Shown here: in pieces, positions 25,922 to 39,350 of the stretch | Position numbering within the stretch: the stretch's first letter is position 1 | How the letters are laid out: the number at the start of each line of letters is the position of its first letter | From: Octopus vulgaris | Taxonomy: Eukaryota | Reading direction: 5' to 3' | Length of the DNA: 64,000 nucleotides | Assembly (NCBI GenBank): GCA_951406725.2 | Contig: OX597833.1 | Span: forward strand, 21,700,001 to 21,764,000 | The notes under the pieces: generated by a model | What the model saw: the letters and a program-made list of their open reading frames with translations, nothing else | Told to the model about the DNA's origin: nothing | The model's database searches: none | Position numbers and translations under genes: made by a program

Positions 25922-26462
25922 AAAAAGCAACAAGAATGGATCAATATTTCGGTACAATTGTTTCATACGAAGACAGCTTTATTAAGGCTGCAAATATTCA
26001 AATTTTCTTCAATATGGATGGATTTACATTTTCAATTTCATTTTCATTTTCTGGAAGACTAAGAGGTTTTTTAAAATACTTTTTTAAAACCCGTTATATG
26101 ACTGTGCAATACTAAAAGAACTTTCGGAAGTCCATTTGTTACCTAATTCTTATTTTTATAGAACTATCACCAATGTTTCAAGAGTGTAACATCACCACCT
26201 TAGATGTTTGGAGAACTCAGATGTTTTTTCGGCTGATGAGTACGGGTCACTTATATTTACTGCAATATTTGCAGCCTTAATAAAGCTGTCTTCGTACGAA
26301 ACAATTGTACCGAAATATTGATCCATTCTTGTTGCTTTTTTCTTATTTATAATCACCCCGCATTATCTTATGGTTAACACCATATAGATCTTTGGTGCAT
26401 CTAAGTTAAGTACCGCATTCATGTGAATTCAACAGAACTCACTTGAATCTTAATTGTTTTTA

Positions 26463-26465
<3 letters not shown>
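25918..26465 (+). mobile_element. PLE-like element (family F): inverted partial repeat plus full hammerhead-bearing repeat
   Basis: 25919-25998 is an inverted copy of 26264-26343. The element is flanked by (TA)n on both sides. Confidence 0.8.
26227..26315 (+). ncRNA. Type I hammerhead ribozyme with intact consensus
   Basis: TTTCGG-CTGATGA-GTACG(48-nt insert)CGTAC-GAA-ACAATTGT-A-CCGAAA. It has a 6-bp helix I, a 5-bp helix II and a palindromic helix III, with predicted GUA cleavage after 26309. Confidence 0.9.
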
Positions 26466-26514
<49 letters not shown>

Positions 26515-27049
26515 ATGTTTGTGTGTCTGTTTGTCCCCCCAACATCACTTGACAACCAATGCTGGTGTGTTTACATCCCCGTAACTTAGCAGTTCGGCAA
26601 GAGGCAGATAGAATAAGTACTAGGCTTGCAAAGAATAAGTCCTGGGGTCAATTTGCTCGACTAAAGGTAGTGCTCCAGCGTGGCCACAGTCACATGACTG
26701 AAACCAGTAACAGCGTAAAAGAGTATATATGTATGTATTAAACAGTTTTTACGCAGAAATAAATAAATTTATGTGTACACACACATGCACACAAGTATTT
26801 ATCCTTTAGTAGCACCTGTCTGGCAGGTAACCGGATCAGAGATCAATGTGTCAATATCAATACAATTGCATGGCCATAGAGTCCACATAAGCCATTACAA
26901 AAATCATACATTTATACACTACTATACTTAAACTTCATTATCATTTTATAACTAGTAAACCTGTGCCAGCAAAAATGGCAGCATTTTAAAAGAAATAAAC
27001 CACAGATGGTATTTAATAAATGACCGATATGACCAACACTCTGTGTATT

Positions 27050-27447
27050 CTTTTCTACTCTAGGCACGTGGCCCAAAATTTTGGGGGAGGTGGCCAATCA
27101 ATTAGATCGACCCCAGTATGCAACTGGTACTTAATTTATCAACCCTGAAAGGATGAAAGGCAAAGTCAACCTCGACGGAATTTGAACTCAGAACGTAGCG
27201 GCAGATGAAATACCTATTTCTTTACTGCCCACAAGGGGCGAAACATAGAGGGGACAAACAAGGACAGACAAACGGATTAAGTCGATTACATTGACCCCAG
27301 TGCGTAACTGGTACTTAATTTATCGACCCCAAATGGATGAAATGCAAAGTTGACCTCGGCAGAATTTGAACTCAGAACGTAACGGCAGACGAAATACCGC
27401 TAAGCATTTCGCCCGCCATGCTAACGTTTCTGCCAGCTCGCCACCTT
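27050..27447 (-). mobile_element. Meta-domain-like SINE, two-unit form
   Basis: One A-box head at the right end and two B-box/Meta units. Confidence 0.85.
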
Positions 27448-27566
27448 CAACACTCTGTATATTAGATACAGACTTTGTTTTGGTTCATCATATATTGCTG
27501 CCAGGTTAGGTTCTGAACTAAGTTCATTAACCAAAAGTAGCAGTTTTTAGTCAATAGTCATCAGAG

Positions 27567-27985
27567 ACATGGCTGTGTGGTGGAAGGTTAGATTCCCAAC
27601 AGCATGGTTCCAGGTTCGGTTTCACCGCTTGGCACCTTGGACAAGGGTCTCCTACTGTGGCCTTGGGCCAACCAAGGCCTTGTGAGAGGATTTGGTGGAC
27701 AGGAGCTGAAGGAGGCTGTCATGTGTGTGTATATATATATATATATGTATATGTATATATGTGTGTGTATAAGTATGTCTTTGTGTCTGTCCCTCCACAA
27801 ACCAACACTTAACAACCAGTGTTGGTGTCTTTACATCCCCATAATTTAGCAGTTTGGCAAAAGAAACCACTAGAATAAGTACCAGGTTTTGAAAAAAAAG
27901 GTACTAGAGTTTATTTCCTCGATTAAAATGCTTTGAGGTGGAGCCCCAGCATGGCCACAGTCTAATGACTGAACCAAGTAAAAGA
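27567..27985 (+). mobile_element. Diverged CORE-like SINE (family 1)
   Basis: Head, internal microsatellite and tail are recognisable. Confidence 0.8.
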
Positions 27986-29832
27986 TAGCATGTACTCCAA
28001 ATCCATACAATGTAAATATTATATGTTTAATATTCCTTTGGACCTTGGGACACGGAAGGCCAGACTAATAAAATCAAAGACTAATTAGGGAGCAGGGACA
28101 AGTCAATTAACATTCACTCCAGTATTTGTCTGGCACTTTATTATATAGTAGTTATATCTATCCCAATGTCATAAGCATATAAGCAACTGAAATCACAACA
28201 TTGCCCCTTAATGGGTTGACAGTCCATTATAGTTTCCAAGACCAGCAATTTTGAAGGGAGAAAACAAGCCAATTATACTGACCCCAGTACTTGAGTGGTA
28301 CTTTATTTTATTGGTCCCCCATGTTAACATCAGCAGAATTTGAACTCAGAACGTAAAGAGCTGGAAGAAAAGCAGCTAAGCATTTTGTCCAGTATGCTAA
28401 CATTTCTGCCAGTTTGCTACTTTAATAAAATCAAAGACCATCAATTTTAGGGGAGCAGGGACAAGTCAATTAACATTCACTCCAGTATTTGTCTGGCACT
28501 TTATTATATAGTAGTTATATCTATGTGCTCAATGGTAAACCACTTATAGCCATTCATTGCTAGGCAGTTACAACACCACTTTTTGCTTTAGTCACAGTTC
28601 AAGTTGGATTTTTAAGTGGTAAATCAACCTGACCACTTATAGTATATGCCTATTACATTACATCATTAGATGGAATTTTATTTGTTCTTTACTAAGTACG
28701 TGTTTAGATAATAAGAATCTAGAAACTTCAAGAGATATGGAATAATTTGTTTAAAATGATAATATATAAGTATAGCTGTGTGGTAAGAAGTCAGCTTCCT
28801 AACCAAATAGTACTTATTCTATCGGTCTCTTTTGCCGAACTGCTAAGTTACGGGGACGTAAACACACCAGCATCGGTTGTCAAGCAATGTTGGTGGGACA
28901 AACACAAACGCACACACACATATATATATATATATACATACATATACATATACGACGGGCTTCTTTCAGTTTCCATCAACCAAATCCACTCACAAAGCTT
29001 TAGTCGGCCTGAGGCTATAGTAGAAGACACTTACCCAAGATTCCATGCAGTGGGACTGAACCTGGAATCATGTGGTTAGTAAGCAAGCTACTTACCACAC
29101 AGCCACTCCTGCGCCTATATATATATTTCCCTTCCCCCCTGTTAGGAAGCACAAACACTTACACACACAAATGTACCCACACGATAGGAACTTCCACATA
29201 CCACATCCAATCACAAGGCTTCAGTCGGCCATATATATCTATATATACACATATATAAATATATATTCTTTAATTGTACATCTATTTATACTCTTTCAAA
29301 ATAGAGAAAACCCAACATTTAAGCATTTCAGTAATAATGATAATCAACAAACGTTTGAGAGATTTGTAGTTTAGTTAAGTTGAACTGAGAATAAATAACA
29401 AACAGAAAAAAGACACACATACACACATTCATATATACACACACACACATTCATATATACATACACACACACACACACACATATATATATACACGCACAC
29501 ATACAGAATGATACTTTTCAGAAAATACTAGTAATGTGTAATAGTAGCTACTATAGAGTTTTGTTATAATATACAGAGTCTCTTTATTGGTCAGATAAGA
29601 GACTGAAAGAAAAACTAGACATTTTTTTCTCCATTTCCTACACAGTTTTTCCCTCCCTCCCACCCTCTCTCTTTTTCTCACTCTTTCTCCTTTTCTCCAT
29701 ATCTTTTGATATCTATATATATTTTCATTTTCTCATTTATTTACTACATCATTCACACACACACACACATTTTCTGACTGTCTTTCTGTCTCTTTCTCAC
29801 TAATCTACTCAACTACACATACAAACATGTAC

Positions 29833-29871
<39 letters not shown>

Positions 29872-30544
29872 ATCTCTCTTTCTATTTATCTGTCAGTCTA
29901 TATCTCTCATGCCAGCCAGCTCTATCTCTCTTTTGCCTCTTTCATTTACTGGATCATTAGCACGCTCTCTCTCTCTCTCTTCTGACTGTCTATCTTTCTC
30001 CCTCATTAACCACACAGAAACACACACACAACTCTCTCTCTCTCTCTCTCTCTGTCACCCACTACCTCCCTCTCTAAAGGAGACATTCTCTCTTTTACTC
30101 ATACACACAGAGTTACAGCAAGAACAACAGCAACAACAACGCCACCACCAGCATCACCAAGCACTATGATGCCTTTTGATCAACTTGTATTCAGGCAAGT
30201 CTGGGCTCCCTGCTACCCTACCATCACCACTATGGCCAACACTGCTTCTTTCTGCCAAAACAGGGTCATTAGAGGAATGGGGTCATTTACAGGAGGAATA
30301 CAAGGGTCAATGGAGAAACAGGGTCAAGAGAAGAAAAGGGTATGTAGGGGGGGTTAGAGTAGTTATATGGGAAGAATACTGCCACAGGAGGGAATGGAGG
30401 GGGGTTAGTTATGGTAGGAAGAAAGTCTGGGAAGGAATAAAGAATATGAGAGGAATGAGGTCAGGGGTAGAACAGGGTCATGACATGGTCTTCCTCTTCT
30501 GACTAAACTTTTGTGAAAAGAAAAGGGATTCATGTATGTTCTTT

Positions 30545-31360
30545 TATTCTTTTACTTGGTTCAGCCATTTGACTGTGGCCATGATGGAGCACCACCTCAA
30601 AGGGTTTTGTTTGAAGAAATAGACCCCAGGAATTATTCCTTGTAAGCCTAGTACTTATTCTATCAGCCTCTTTTGCCAAACCGCAAAGTTACGGGGAAGT
30701 AAACATACCAACATCAACAGTAGGAAGAGACAAACACAGACACACAAACGCAAAATATATATATATATAGGCGCAGGAGTGACTGTGTGGTAAGTAGCTT
30801 GCTTACCAACCACATGGTTCCAGGTTCAGTCCCACTGCGTGGCACCATGGGCAAATGTCTTCTGCTATAGCCTTGGGCCAACCAAAGCCTTGTGAGTGGA
30901 TCTGATAGACAGAAACTGAAAGAAGCCTGTCGTATATATGTATGCGCGTGTATATGTTTGTGTGTCTGTGTTTGCCCCACCCTCCCAACATCGCTTGACA
31001 ACCAATGCTGGTGCGTTTACGTCCCCGTAACTTAGCAGTTCGGCAAAAGAAACCGATAGAATAAGTATTAGGCTTACAAAGAATAAGTCCTGGGGTCGAT
31101 TTGCTTGACTAAAGGTGGTGCTCCAGCATGGCCACAGTCACATGACTGAAACAAGTAAAAGAGTAAAAAGAGAGTATATAATATATATATGACAGGCTTC
31201 TTTCAGTTTCTGTCTCAGAAGGCTATGGTCCACTCACAAGGCTTTGGTTGATCCAAGGCTATAGTATAAGACACTTGCTCAAGGTACCGCACAGTGGGAC
31301 TGAACCTGGAACCATGTGGTTCGGAAGCAAGATTCTTACCACACAGCCATGCTTGAGCCT
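30545..31360. mobile_element. Nested CORE-like SINEs: a + copy (30769-31174) inside the microsatellite of a - copy
   Basis: Minus tail 30545-30750, complete plus copy, then minus head 31190-31360. Confidence 0.75.
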
Positions 31361-31953
31361 ATGTATATATATCCAACTTCACCAAGAACACACACACTCA
31401 AAGGACCTTCCTTTGCAATCATATGGTTTCAGATACAGTCCCAGTGCAAGGATCTTTTACTATAGCCCCAGGACATCCAATGCCTTCTGAGCAAATTTGG
31501 TAAATAGGATCTGTGTGGAAATGTATTGCATATGTACAAGTATGTATATCTTTTATCTTGTTTCAGTCATTAAGTTGTGGCCATGCTGGGGCACTGCCTT
31601 GAAGAATTTAGGTCAAACAAATTGGCCCCAGTATTTATTTTTTTACTATCGTGATACATAGTCTATCGGTTGCTTTTGCTGAACTGCTAAATTATAGGGA
31701 CATAAACAAAGAAACACCAAATTTGGTGTTGGGGGATAAACACAGACATACACGCACATGCACATGTACATGTGCACAGATACACACACACAATAAGCTT
31801 CTTTTAGTTTCCATTTACCAAATCTGCTCATAAGGCATTTGTTGACCTAGTAGTATTGTAGAAGGTGGCCACACAGTGGGACTGAACTTGGAACTATGTG
31901 GTTGGGAAGCGAACTTCTTAAGTGCACAGTTACACCTGCACCTGAATAATCAC

Positions 31954-31983
<30 letters not shown>

Positions 31984-31984
<1 letters not shown>

Positions 31985-32443
31985 GAGTGAGAGAGCAGTT
32001 CATACCATCAAAGTGACACTGGGGTAAAATATACGAAGCCCAGTATACCCATCATGACTACCCGTCTGATAAGGGTACACCAGGCACATGCATCACAACC
32101 ATATGTGTGCGACATGGTGATCTCATATCAAGATAAACAGCACATGACTTTGCGGGTGGAGCCCAGTTAGAATTTTCTTCAGATCGAGTAACCCATCCCG
32201 CTCAAAAGGTCACTGAATAAGGGTTGTTTAAGGACGTTGAACGAAACACCCATGTTTCCAGAGGTGAATTATTCAAACCCCAAAGAATCCTTCTCAACAC
32301 ATGGCTATGATGCTCCCCCACTACTTCTGCTCGTGATCAGAGATGCACATATCGTCAGCCACTAAGGGACATGCTCAACTGGTTAAGGTCAAACAACTGA
32401 CAAGCAAATCTGTGGTATTGAGCAGAATATTTGCTGTAGCCCA

Positions 32444-32444
<1 letters not shown>
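31984..32444 (-). mobile_element. (AAT)n-associated retroelement copy
   Basis: Reverse complement of 6823-7310, with (ATT)n on both sides. Confidence 0.85.
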
Positions 32445-32480
<36 letters not shown>

Positions 32481-32482
<2 letters not shown>

Positions 32483-32696
32483 GGTGATGAGCTGGTAGAA
32501 CCGTTAGCATGTCAGGCAAAATGCTTAGCGATATTTCATCTGTCTTCACATTCAGAGTTCAACTTTGCCTTTGCAGAGGTCAACTTTGCCTTTCATCCTT
32601 TCAGGGTCAATAAATTAAGTACCAGTTGTGTACTGGGGTCAATGCAATCAACTGGTCCCCTCCCCCAAAATTTCAAGCTGTGCCTTTAGCAGAAAG

Positions 32697-32700
<4 letters not shown>
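32481..32700 (+). mobile_element. Meta-domain-like SINE, single unit
   Basis: AGGTGATGAGCTGGTAGAACCGTTAGC head and Meta-like core. Confidence 0.8.
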
Positions 32701-32739
<39 letters not shown>

Positions 32740-33007
32740 TAATAGATCCTTACTTTTTCACCTGGTAATAACACCTCACCTCCAGAGTCTACCACTATCA
32801 ACAGCAGAAATAAACCCAAAACAGCTGAAATAAAGGACCAGTTTCTTGTTTCATTTATTTGTGTAGTTGTTTTTCTTTTTAGGGAGGGGGTGAGGCAGAA
32901 TGGTAAGAGGTGGGGTGGAAGGGAACATTTGAATATGAAGAAGGCAGTGCAAGTGAGAGGTACTGACCATCTGCAGCACTTATTGAATGATATTATATTA
33001 AACTTAC

Positions 33008-33083
33008 CCAATCAGTATTAATCATTAATTAACAGAGATGACGTCTAAATGAGGCAGTTGCAACAGGTTTATAACACGATAAC
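33008..33083 (-). other. Candidate 76-nt exon (5'UTR, possibly ending in a start ATG-ATT-AAT-ACT-GAT-TGG)
   Basis: Minus strand has a long polypyrimidine acceptor TTCTCTTTCATTTTAG|G and a consensus donor TGG|GTAAGT, in non-repetitive DNA. All three frames stop before the ATG. Confidence 0.4.
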
Positions 33084-33515
33084 CTAAAATGAAAGAGAAA
33101 AGAAAGGAGAAACCGTTACAAAAATTCAAAATAACAACAACATAAACAACACATCTGATAAACAGGATATTGATTTTGTCTTATTGTATAGTTTTAAAAC
33201 AGCATTGAAATAAACATCAACAACAAGAGATTGATGTAGACATGGGTATGTGGCTAAGCAGCTGGTTTTCCAACCATGTGGTCTTGGGTTCAGTCCCACA
33301 GCACAGCAACATGGGCAAGCATCATCTACTTTAGACTGAATCTGAGTGGATTTAGTAGACAGAAACTGAAAGAAACCCTTTATATATATATATATATATA
33401 TCACATGATCACATGACTGACCAGACCATCAGATGTTGCTACACATTGCTGGTAACAACACGTTCGCATTGTTTTAGCCTTTGAATGACGCCACCCCACT
33501 GGCTAAGTGAGCAGG

Positions 33516-33563
<48 letters not shown>

Positions 33564-34102
33564 TGTATATATGTGTGTGTGTGCATGTGTGTATATATAT
33601 ATATATATATATACACTAAGTAAGTTAGGGGTTGTTGATCCAACCCACTAAGGGATAATATTTATCCAATATACTGTTGGTATAATACCCAAATTATTAA
33701 AACACAAGTGTTTTTAATAGCATTGCAATTAAGTTACTTAGTGTATTACATGGGTGAAGGTAAAGAGATATTTTACCATTAATTTATAATACTAATAAAA
33801 AAATGGACAAACAATTTAGTTGGTTATCAGCTTTCGGATATTAGAATATTGACTTATTTATTTATTTAACAAAGACGAGAACCTTAATAACATACCAATA
33901 TACATTATAATTCAATACATATAAGATAAGAATACAATTATAAAAATCTTAATATAAATTATTGAAATCATTAAAATCACTCCTACAGCTGTTTCAGCCT
34001 ATGGAAAAATTTAAATAAGGGTGAAAAATTGAATATCAATTTAAAACCATTGGTCTAGCATATTAAAATCTGAAGATTCAGAAAAATTATATTATATACA
34101 TA

Positions 34103-34241
34103 TAAGAGGGGGATGACCACTACATGGACATCAATTATGCTAGAAGTAGATCCACTATGGTCTTACCACTTTCTTAGTGGCAAGACCATAGCGGATCTAC
34201 TTCTAACATAATGGATGTCCATGTAGTGGCCATCCCTCTTA
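34103..34241. repeat. Fold-back hairpin (~67-bp arms, 5-nt spacer)
   Basis: TAAGAGGG...ACCACT-ttctt-AGTGG...CCCTCTTA, with a few mismatches. Confidence 0.9.
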
Positions 34242-34498
34242 CATCATCATCATCATCATTTAACGTCCGCTTTCCATGCTAGCATGAGTTGGACAGTTCA
34301 ACAGGGGTCTGGGAAGCCAGAAGGCTGCACCAGGCCCAGTCTGATCTGGCAAGTTTCTACAGCTGGATGCCCTTCCTAACGCCAACCACTCCGTGAGTGT
34401 AGTGGGTGCTTTTTACGTGCCAGACGTGGCTGGCAAACGGCCAAGATCGGATGGTGCTTTTTACGTGCCACTGGCACGGAGACCAGACGAAGCTGGCA
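34242..34498 (-). mobile_element. (GAT)n-tailed non-autonomous retroelement copy
   Basis: Same core as 3008-3529. Confidence 0.8.
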
Positions 34499-34593
34499 TG
34501 TATATATGTATGTATGTATGTATATATATATATATATATTTAGAATAATGAGGTAGTCAGAATGTTGGACGATTATATATATATTTTTATTTA

Positions 34594-34700
34594 AATTTAT
34601 GTAAACAGATGTGAATAAAAAATATATAATATTAAGACTACCTTATTATTCTAAATATACAATATCTGTACATCACTTCAAAAACTCTCTCTCTCTCTCC

Positions 34701-34760
<60 letters not shown>

Positions 34761-35095
34761 TAGGAGACACTGGGTGTCTCCTACTATACCTTCAAGCCAA
34801 CCAAAGACTTGTGAGATTGATAGAATAAGTACTAGGCTTACAAAGAATAAGTCCTGGGGTCGATTTGCTCGACTAAAGGCAGTGCTCCAGCATGGCCACA
34901 GTCAAATGACTGAAACAAGTAAGAATAAAGAGTAAAGAGTATATATATATATATATATGACAGGCTTCTTTCAGTTTCCATCTACTAAATCCACTCACAA
35001 GGCTTTGGTTGGCCCGAGACTATAGTAGAAGACACTTGCCCAAGGTGCCACACAGTGGGACTGAACCTGGAACCATGTGGTTGGGAAGCAAGCTT

Positions 35096-35132
<37 letters not shown>

Positions 35133-35223
35133 ACAGAGAGAGTTTTTGAAGTGATGTACAGATATTGTGTATTCATAATAAGGTAGTCTTAATATTATAT
35201 ATTTTTTATTCACATCTGTTTAC

Positions 35224-35230
<7 letters not shown>
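34594..35230. repeat. Inverted pair of ~95-bp segments enclosing (TA)n and SINE pieces
   Basis: ~34594-34690 is reverse-complementary to ~35134-35230. Confidence 0.8.
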
Positions 35231-35280
<50 letters not shown>

Positions 35281-35950
35281 ATGGTGGGCTTCTTTCAGTT
35301 TCCATCTACCAAATCAATCCCTTCACAAGGCTTTGGTTAACCCAGGGATATAGTTTAAGACACTAGCTCAAGCTGCCATGCAGTAGAACAGAACCAAGAA
35401 CCATGTAGCTACAAAGCAAGATTCTTACCACACAACCATGCCTGCACCTATCACATACGTATATGTGCATGCATGCATGCAAGCGTGTGTATGTGTGCAT
35501 GAATACAGAGTGAACACACCTTTCTCAAACGCACAAATATATGCCACACATTTAATCACAGTATAATAGTACAAAATACTACGTTTATAAATGTATTATA
35601 AATAGTACATCAAGACAGTGGTGAAGAGTATCAGTAGCACACCTTAAACACACACACAGACACACAGCTGGGAGTAGTGGTGTAAGTGGATGGCGATTGT
35701 TGGTACATGTATACAGTGGAGTCTATGCTGGCTGTGTGTGTGTGTGTTTGTGCATGTGTTTGTGAAACATTTTTAGCAGGGGAAACGAGAACACGGCTGT
35801 ATCAAAAAATAAACACCATATGTTTAAAATGCAATCTATAAAGTTTATAAATAGGGAAGGTGAAATTGTAGAATTTGTAGAAGTCACTGAATGGCATGGT
35901 ATGCACTATATACATATATCTATGAGAATATGTTGTATATTGAGCGTGTG

Positions 35951-35995
<45 letters not shown>

Positions 35996-36112
35996 GTGTG
36001 TGTATATATATATATGTGTGTGTGTATATATATATATGTGTGTGTGTATATATATATGTGTGTGTGTGTATATATATATGTGTGTGTGTGTATATATATA
36101 TGTGTGTGTGTG

Positions 36113-36156
<44 letters not shown>

Positions 36157-36177
36157 CACACACACACACATACATAT

Positions 36178-36607
36178 ATCATCATCATCGTTTAACGTCC
36201 GTTCTCCATGCTAGCATGGGTTAGACGATTTGACCGGGGATCTGGGAAGCCAGAAGGCTGCACCAGGCTCCAGTCTTATCTGGTAATGTTTCTACAGCTG
36301 GATGCCCTTCCTAATGCCAACCACTCCGTGAGTGTAGTGGGTGCTTTTTACGTGCCACCCGCACAGGTGCCAGGCGAGGCTGGCAACGGCCACGGTCGGA
36401 TTGGTGCATTTTACGTGCCACCGGCATGGAAGCCAGTCGAGATGGAGCTGGCATCGGCCACGATTCGGATAGTTCTTTTTATGTACCACCAGTCCAGGGT
36501 TCCTGGCATCTGCCGGGTGCCAGTCATAGGATTGGTTCAATTTTAATTCCGATTTCGATTTCACTTGCCCCAACATGTCTTCGCAAGCAAAGGGGGTTGG
36601 CATGGGT
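36178..36607 (-). mobile_element. (GAT)n-tailed non-autonomous retroelement, long form
   Basis: Highly similar to 3008-3410. Confidence 0.85.
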
Positions 36608-36637
36608 ATATATATAGACATATATATATACACACAT

Positions 36638-36670
<33 letters not shown>

Positions 36671-37768
36671 CATATATACATATGTACATTTTTACTTGTC
36701 TCAAATCATTTTGATTGTGACCATGCTGGAGCACTGCCTTTTAGTTGAAGAAATCAATCCCTGGACTTATTCTTTGTAAGCTTGGTTCTTATTCTATTGG
36801 TCTCTTCAGCCGAACCGCTAAGTTACAGGGACGTAAACACACCAAGATTGGTTGTCAAGCAATGGTGGAGGGACAAATACAAACACAGTACATATATATA
36901 CCCACACATATACATATACATAGTATAAATGTATACATATATACATACACACACACATATTAGAGAGAGAGACAGACAGAGAAGGGCACGCACCCATGCA
37001 GCTGTGTGATTGAGAAGTTTGCTTCCCAACCACACACTTCTAAGTTCAGTCCCACCGCATGGCACCCTGGGCAAGTGTCTTCCACTATAGCGCTAGGCCA
37101 ACAAAACCAGATTTGGTGGACAAAAACTGAAAGAAGCCCATCATAAAACAGACCAAAAATTCCTTTACCTCAACATGTGACCATCCCTGACCAATCAATC
37201 TGTACATTAGGTTATAGCATTCTCTTTAAGACAAATGGTTTTTAGAACAATGGCCAAATCAAATGTGAAATCAATTAAGCATTTATATATTCCTTATTCT
37301 GTTATACTTTAACTTGTTTCAGTCATCTGCTGGAGCACTGCCTTAAAAGGTTTTTTAGTCAAAGAAACTGACCCCAAGACTTATTCTTTGTAAGCCTAAT
37401 ACTTATTCTATTGGTCTCTTGTGCCGTTAAGTTATAGAGACATAAACACACCAACATCGGTTGTCAAGTGATGGTGAGGGGACAAACACAGACACACAAA
37501 CACCACACACACACACACATGATGGCTTCTTTTGGTTTCTGCCTACCAAATCTACTGAGAAAGCTTTGATTGGCCTGAGGCTATAGTAAAAGATGCTTGC
37601 CCAAGGTATCATGCAGTGGGACTGAACCTGGAACCATGTGGTAGGAAAGCAAGCTTCTCTACTTGTTATGTAATTATTTTGACATTTTGCTGAAATAAAT
37701 GATTATATGTCTTATAAAACTTACTACACCTGTTTTTTGCTTATCATTTATTCTCCCTTCCCATCTCT

Positions 37769-37812
<44 letters not shown>

Positions 37813-38476
37813 TAAAATGTATGTATATAAAGAAAACAGAAAATGGAGAAGTAGTGATGAACAACAATTGACTGACATCAATTATTATTTATTGATTCAA
37901 TACAAATAGACTGCATCCCATCTAACAGCTGTTTCTGCTTCCAGTGTTGTATGGTATTGCCATTGATATGCAAAAATATTTATCATATTTGGTAATAAAA
38001 CCAATCTGAAACAAGGAGCTCCTTTAAATTCTTATTTTTGATAAACCCATGTTTATCCTTGTCTATACCTACAATTCATGAGCATAATATGTTTGCATAT
38101 GTAAGCCCATGGTTAAATATAGGTAATATACCGGTAGTATAATGAATACTTCTATCCCTTAGATGGTTACTTTAACCTCTAACTCAACTAACCTATATAT
38201 ATATATATATATATATGTAAGAGTAGTATAGTTTTCCTGAAGCATTATCTCATATATATCTTTTACCTTTTACTTGAATCAGTCATTAGAGCGTGACCAT
38301 GCTGGGGCACTGCTTTGAAGAATATTAGTCAAACAAACTGACTCCAAAGTTATTTTTTCTTTTTTAGCCTGGTACTTATTTTATTGGTCTCTTTACTAAG
38401 CACTGCTAATTTACAGGGATGTAAACAAACCAACATTGGTTGGCAAGAGATGAAGGAGGTCAGAGACACAAAGATG

Positions 38477-38557
<81 letters not shown>

Positions 38558-39283
38558 ATATACATACATACAACGGGCTTCTTTCAGTTCTATATTTGAG
38601 AGATGAGGAATTATGTACATTATTTGCATTTGACGGGTATTTGTCCTCATCTTGTTTGTTGTTCTTTCAGTTTCTGTCTACCAAATCTACTCCCAAGGAT
38701 TTGGTCGGCTGGAAGCTATAGTAGAAGACACTTGCCCAAGGTCCCACACACAGGGACTGAACCTGGAACCATGTGCTTGGGAAGCAAGCTTCTTACCACA
38801 CAGCCACACACACATACATACATACGTACATATGTGCATTGGTTCAGTGGGGCTGAACTCAAAACCATGTGGTTAGGAAGCAAGCGTCTTAAACCACGCA
38901 GCCACACCATCTCCTGTCCATGAATGCACCTTGATGTAAATATTGAAAAAAATATCTCATCATTTGAAATGAGGCTAATAGTCAGAACATGTTATTAATT
39001 GTATTAACGATAACTTATGTCAGACACCAGGCACCAGACATCTTGACCTTTAATAATAAATGGATGTTGTATAGCTTGTGTGTTTTTGGATAGAGACCGT
39101 TGTTTGTGTACGAGTTTGTGTGTATTTGCAATATTGCAAAACACTAGTAAATGCTTTGTCAACTGTATTGAATGGGGAACACACAATCCCGTAATCCGGA
39201 ACTGGCAAAGTGTTAAATATGTCGCTGTTGTTATTTCCCCTCTCTCTTGTAATAAATAACATTGGCACACACACACACACACA

Positions 39284-39350
<67 letters not shown>

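Larger units (their letters stand above)
25751..26723 (+). mobile_element. CORE-like SINE interrupted in its internal (TA)n by a hammerhead element
   Basis: Head 25751-25846, (TA)n, insert 25918-26465, (TA)n, tail 26520-26723. Confidence 0.8.

Noticed and set aside
33983-34000. Hammerhead (GAAACAGCTGTA on the minus strand), and a similar case at ~37919-37935
   Set aside because: Only the 3' half is recognisable and there is no intact CUGANGA. Counted as remnants, not called as ribozymes.
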